Assembly (NCBI GenBank): GCA_022664555.1
Contig: GCA_022664555.1_4839.1
DNA length: 23,185 nt
From: Escherichia coli
Lineage (GTDB): Bacteria; Pseudomonadota; Gammaproteobacteria; Enterobacterales; Enterobacteriaceae
Direction: 5' to 3' (one strand)
Part shown: one piece after another, positions 22,563 to 23,185 of the stretch
How positions within the stretch are numbered: position 1 is the first letter of the stretch
How the letters are laid out: every line of letters begins with the position of its first letter
The notes under the pieces: model-generated
The model's input: only the letters and a program-made list of their open reading frames with translations
What the model was told of the DNA's origin: nothing
Databases searched by the model: none
Program-made: the position numbers and the translations under genes

Positions 22563-23185
22563 ATGGCCGATTTTCTGAGTCGATACACAGGTCAGCAGAT
22601 TGATGCAATCCTTTCTTCTGTTGACGATAAAATAAGCAAGACTGATGTTGTCAACGATTTCGCTGTTGATGATCCGTTGTTCCCTCCTTCAGCTCATTTG
22701 ACATACGAGCTGAAGCGTTCTGTGGATAATATCTACGACACACTGGAAAACAAAGTGATCCGCACCGACGGTGGTGAACAAACGATCAACGGGAACAAGA
22801 CTTTTGCTGCGTTGTTGACAGCCAACGGCGGCCTGGCTGTTCCGGCTGGAAAGAAACTTTCTATCGCGGATGAGCCTACGATAGCGACAGATGGTGTTAA
22901 CCTGAGCATGTTGAGAAAGCATGGTGTCAGTGAAGACACTACCCCACCTGGTTCTGGTTTGGCTGGGGAGTTGTTGACATCCGGATATTACAAATTCAAT
23001 TTGGATTTCACCAAATTGTCTGCGTATACCGGATCAACGCTGCCGACTTCAATCCCAGTACAAACAGATTCTGGAGCGCGTTATTGGACAATGACTGCAT
23101 TTTTTGATGCGTTGTTTGCAGACAACCGATTTGGCGGATATGTGACAACGACAGCGTATGATGCGGATATGCTAAGTTTAGAGTC
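22563..23185 (+). CDS. tail fibre protein, N-terminal part (runs off the window)
   Basis: ATG at 22563 with AAGGAG SD 6 nt upstream; open frame to the window end. Contains a GGEQTINGNKTFAALLTANGGLAV segment resembling the GGQTINGTL...GG motif of T4 gp12 and other fibre proteins. Confidence 0.7.
   Translation, partial: MADFLSRYTGQQIDAILSSVDDKISKTDVVNDFAVDDPLFPPSAHLTYELKRSVDNIYDTLENKVIRTDGGEQTINGNKTFAALLTANGGLAVPAGKKLSIADEPTIATDGVNLSMLRKHGVSEDTTPPGSGLAGELLTSGYYKFNLDFTKLSAYTGSTLPTSIPVQTDSGARYWTMTAFFDALFADNRFGGYVTTTAYDADMLSLE

Noticed and set aside
1-23185. CRISPR array, integrase/attP or transposase
   Set aside because: No regularly spaced direct repeats with unique spacers, no recombinase or transposase-like ORF, and no long terminal inverted repeats. 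The only mobile-element signature is the GIY-YIG homing endonuclease.

Overview
This window looks like a T4-type lytic myophage segment, read by eye from the sequence and the ORF track with no database search. Layout: (i) 1-12.0 kb, a dense minus-strand block of early/replication-type genes ending in a family-B DNA polymerase (T4 gp43-like, 9020..12019), with a GIY-YIG homing endonuclease, an NT5C/HAD-type deoxyribonucleotidase, a P-loop kinase-like protein and a LemA + TPM-like membrane pair; (ii) 12.1-13.6 kb, a short plus-strand unit; (iii) 13.6-16.1 kb, minus-strand genes including a PLP-dependent enzyme of the ACC-deaminase/D-cysteine-desulfhydrase type; (iv) 16.2-18.8 kb, an unusually long stretch with no credible ORF, holding two intact minus-strand tRNAs (Ser-GCU, Met/Ile-CAU), tRNA 3'-end fragments and GC-rich structured sequence; (v) 18.8-19.6 kb, an AT-rich islet with two minus-strand genes; (vi) 19.9-23.2 kb, a plus-strand baseplate/tail-fibre operon (gp6-like wedge, small baseplate protein, tail fibre running off the window). 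The most interesting candidates are the non-coding tRNA island, the LemA/TPM-like pair, the AT-rich islet and a strand-specific recurring TTTATTGAA motif. Several starts were moved from the ORF-track start to the first codon with a Shine-Dalgarno (SD) sequence; most small proteins have no assignable function.
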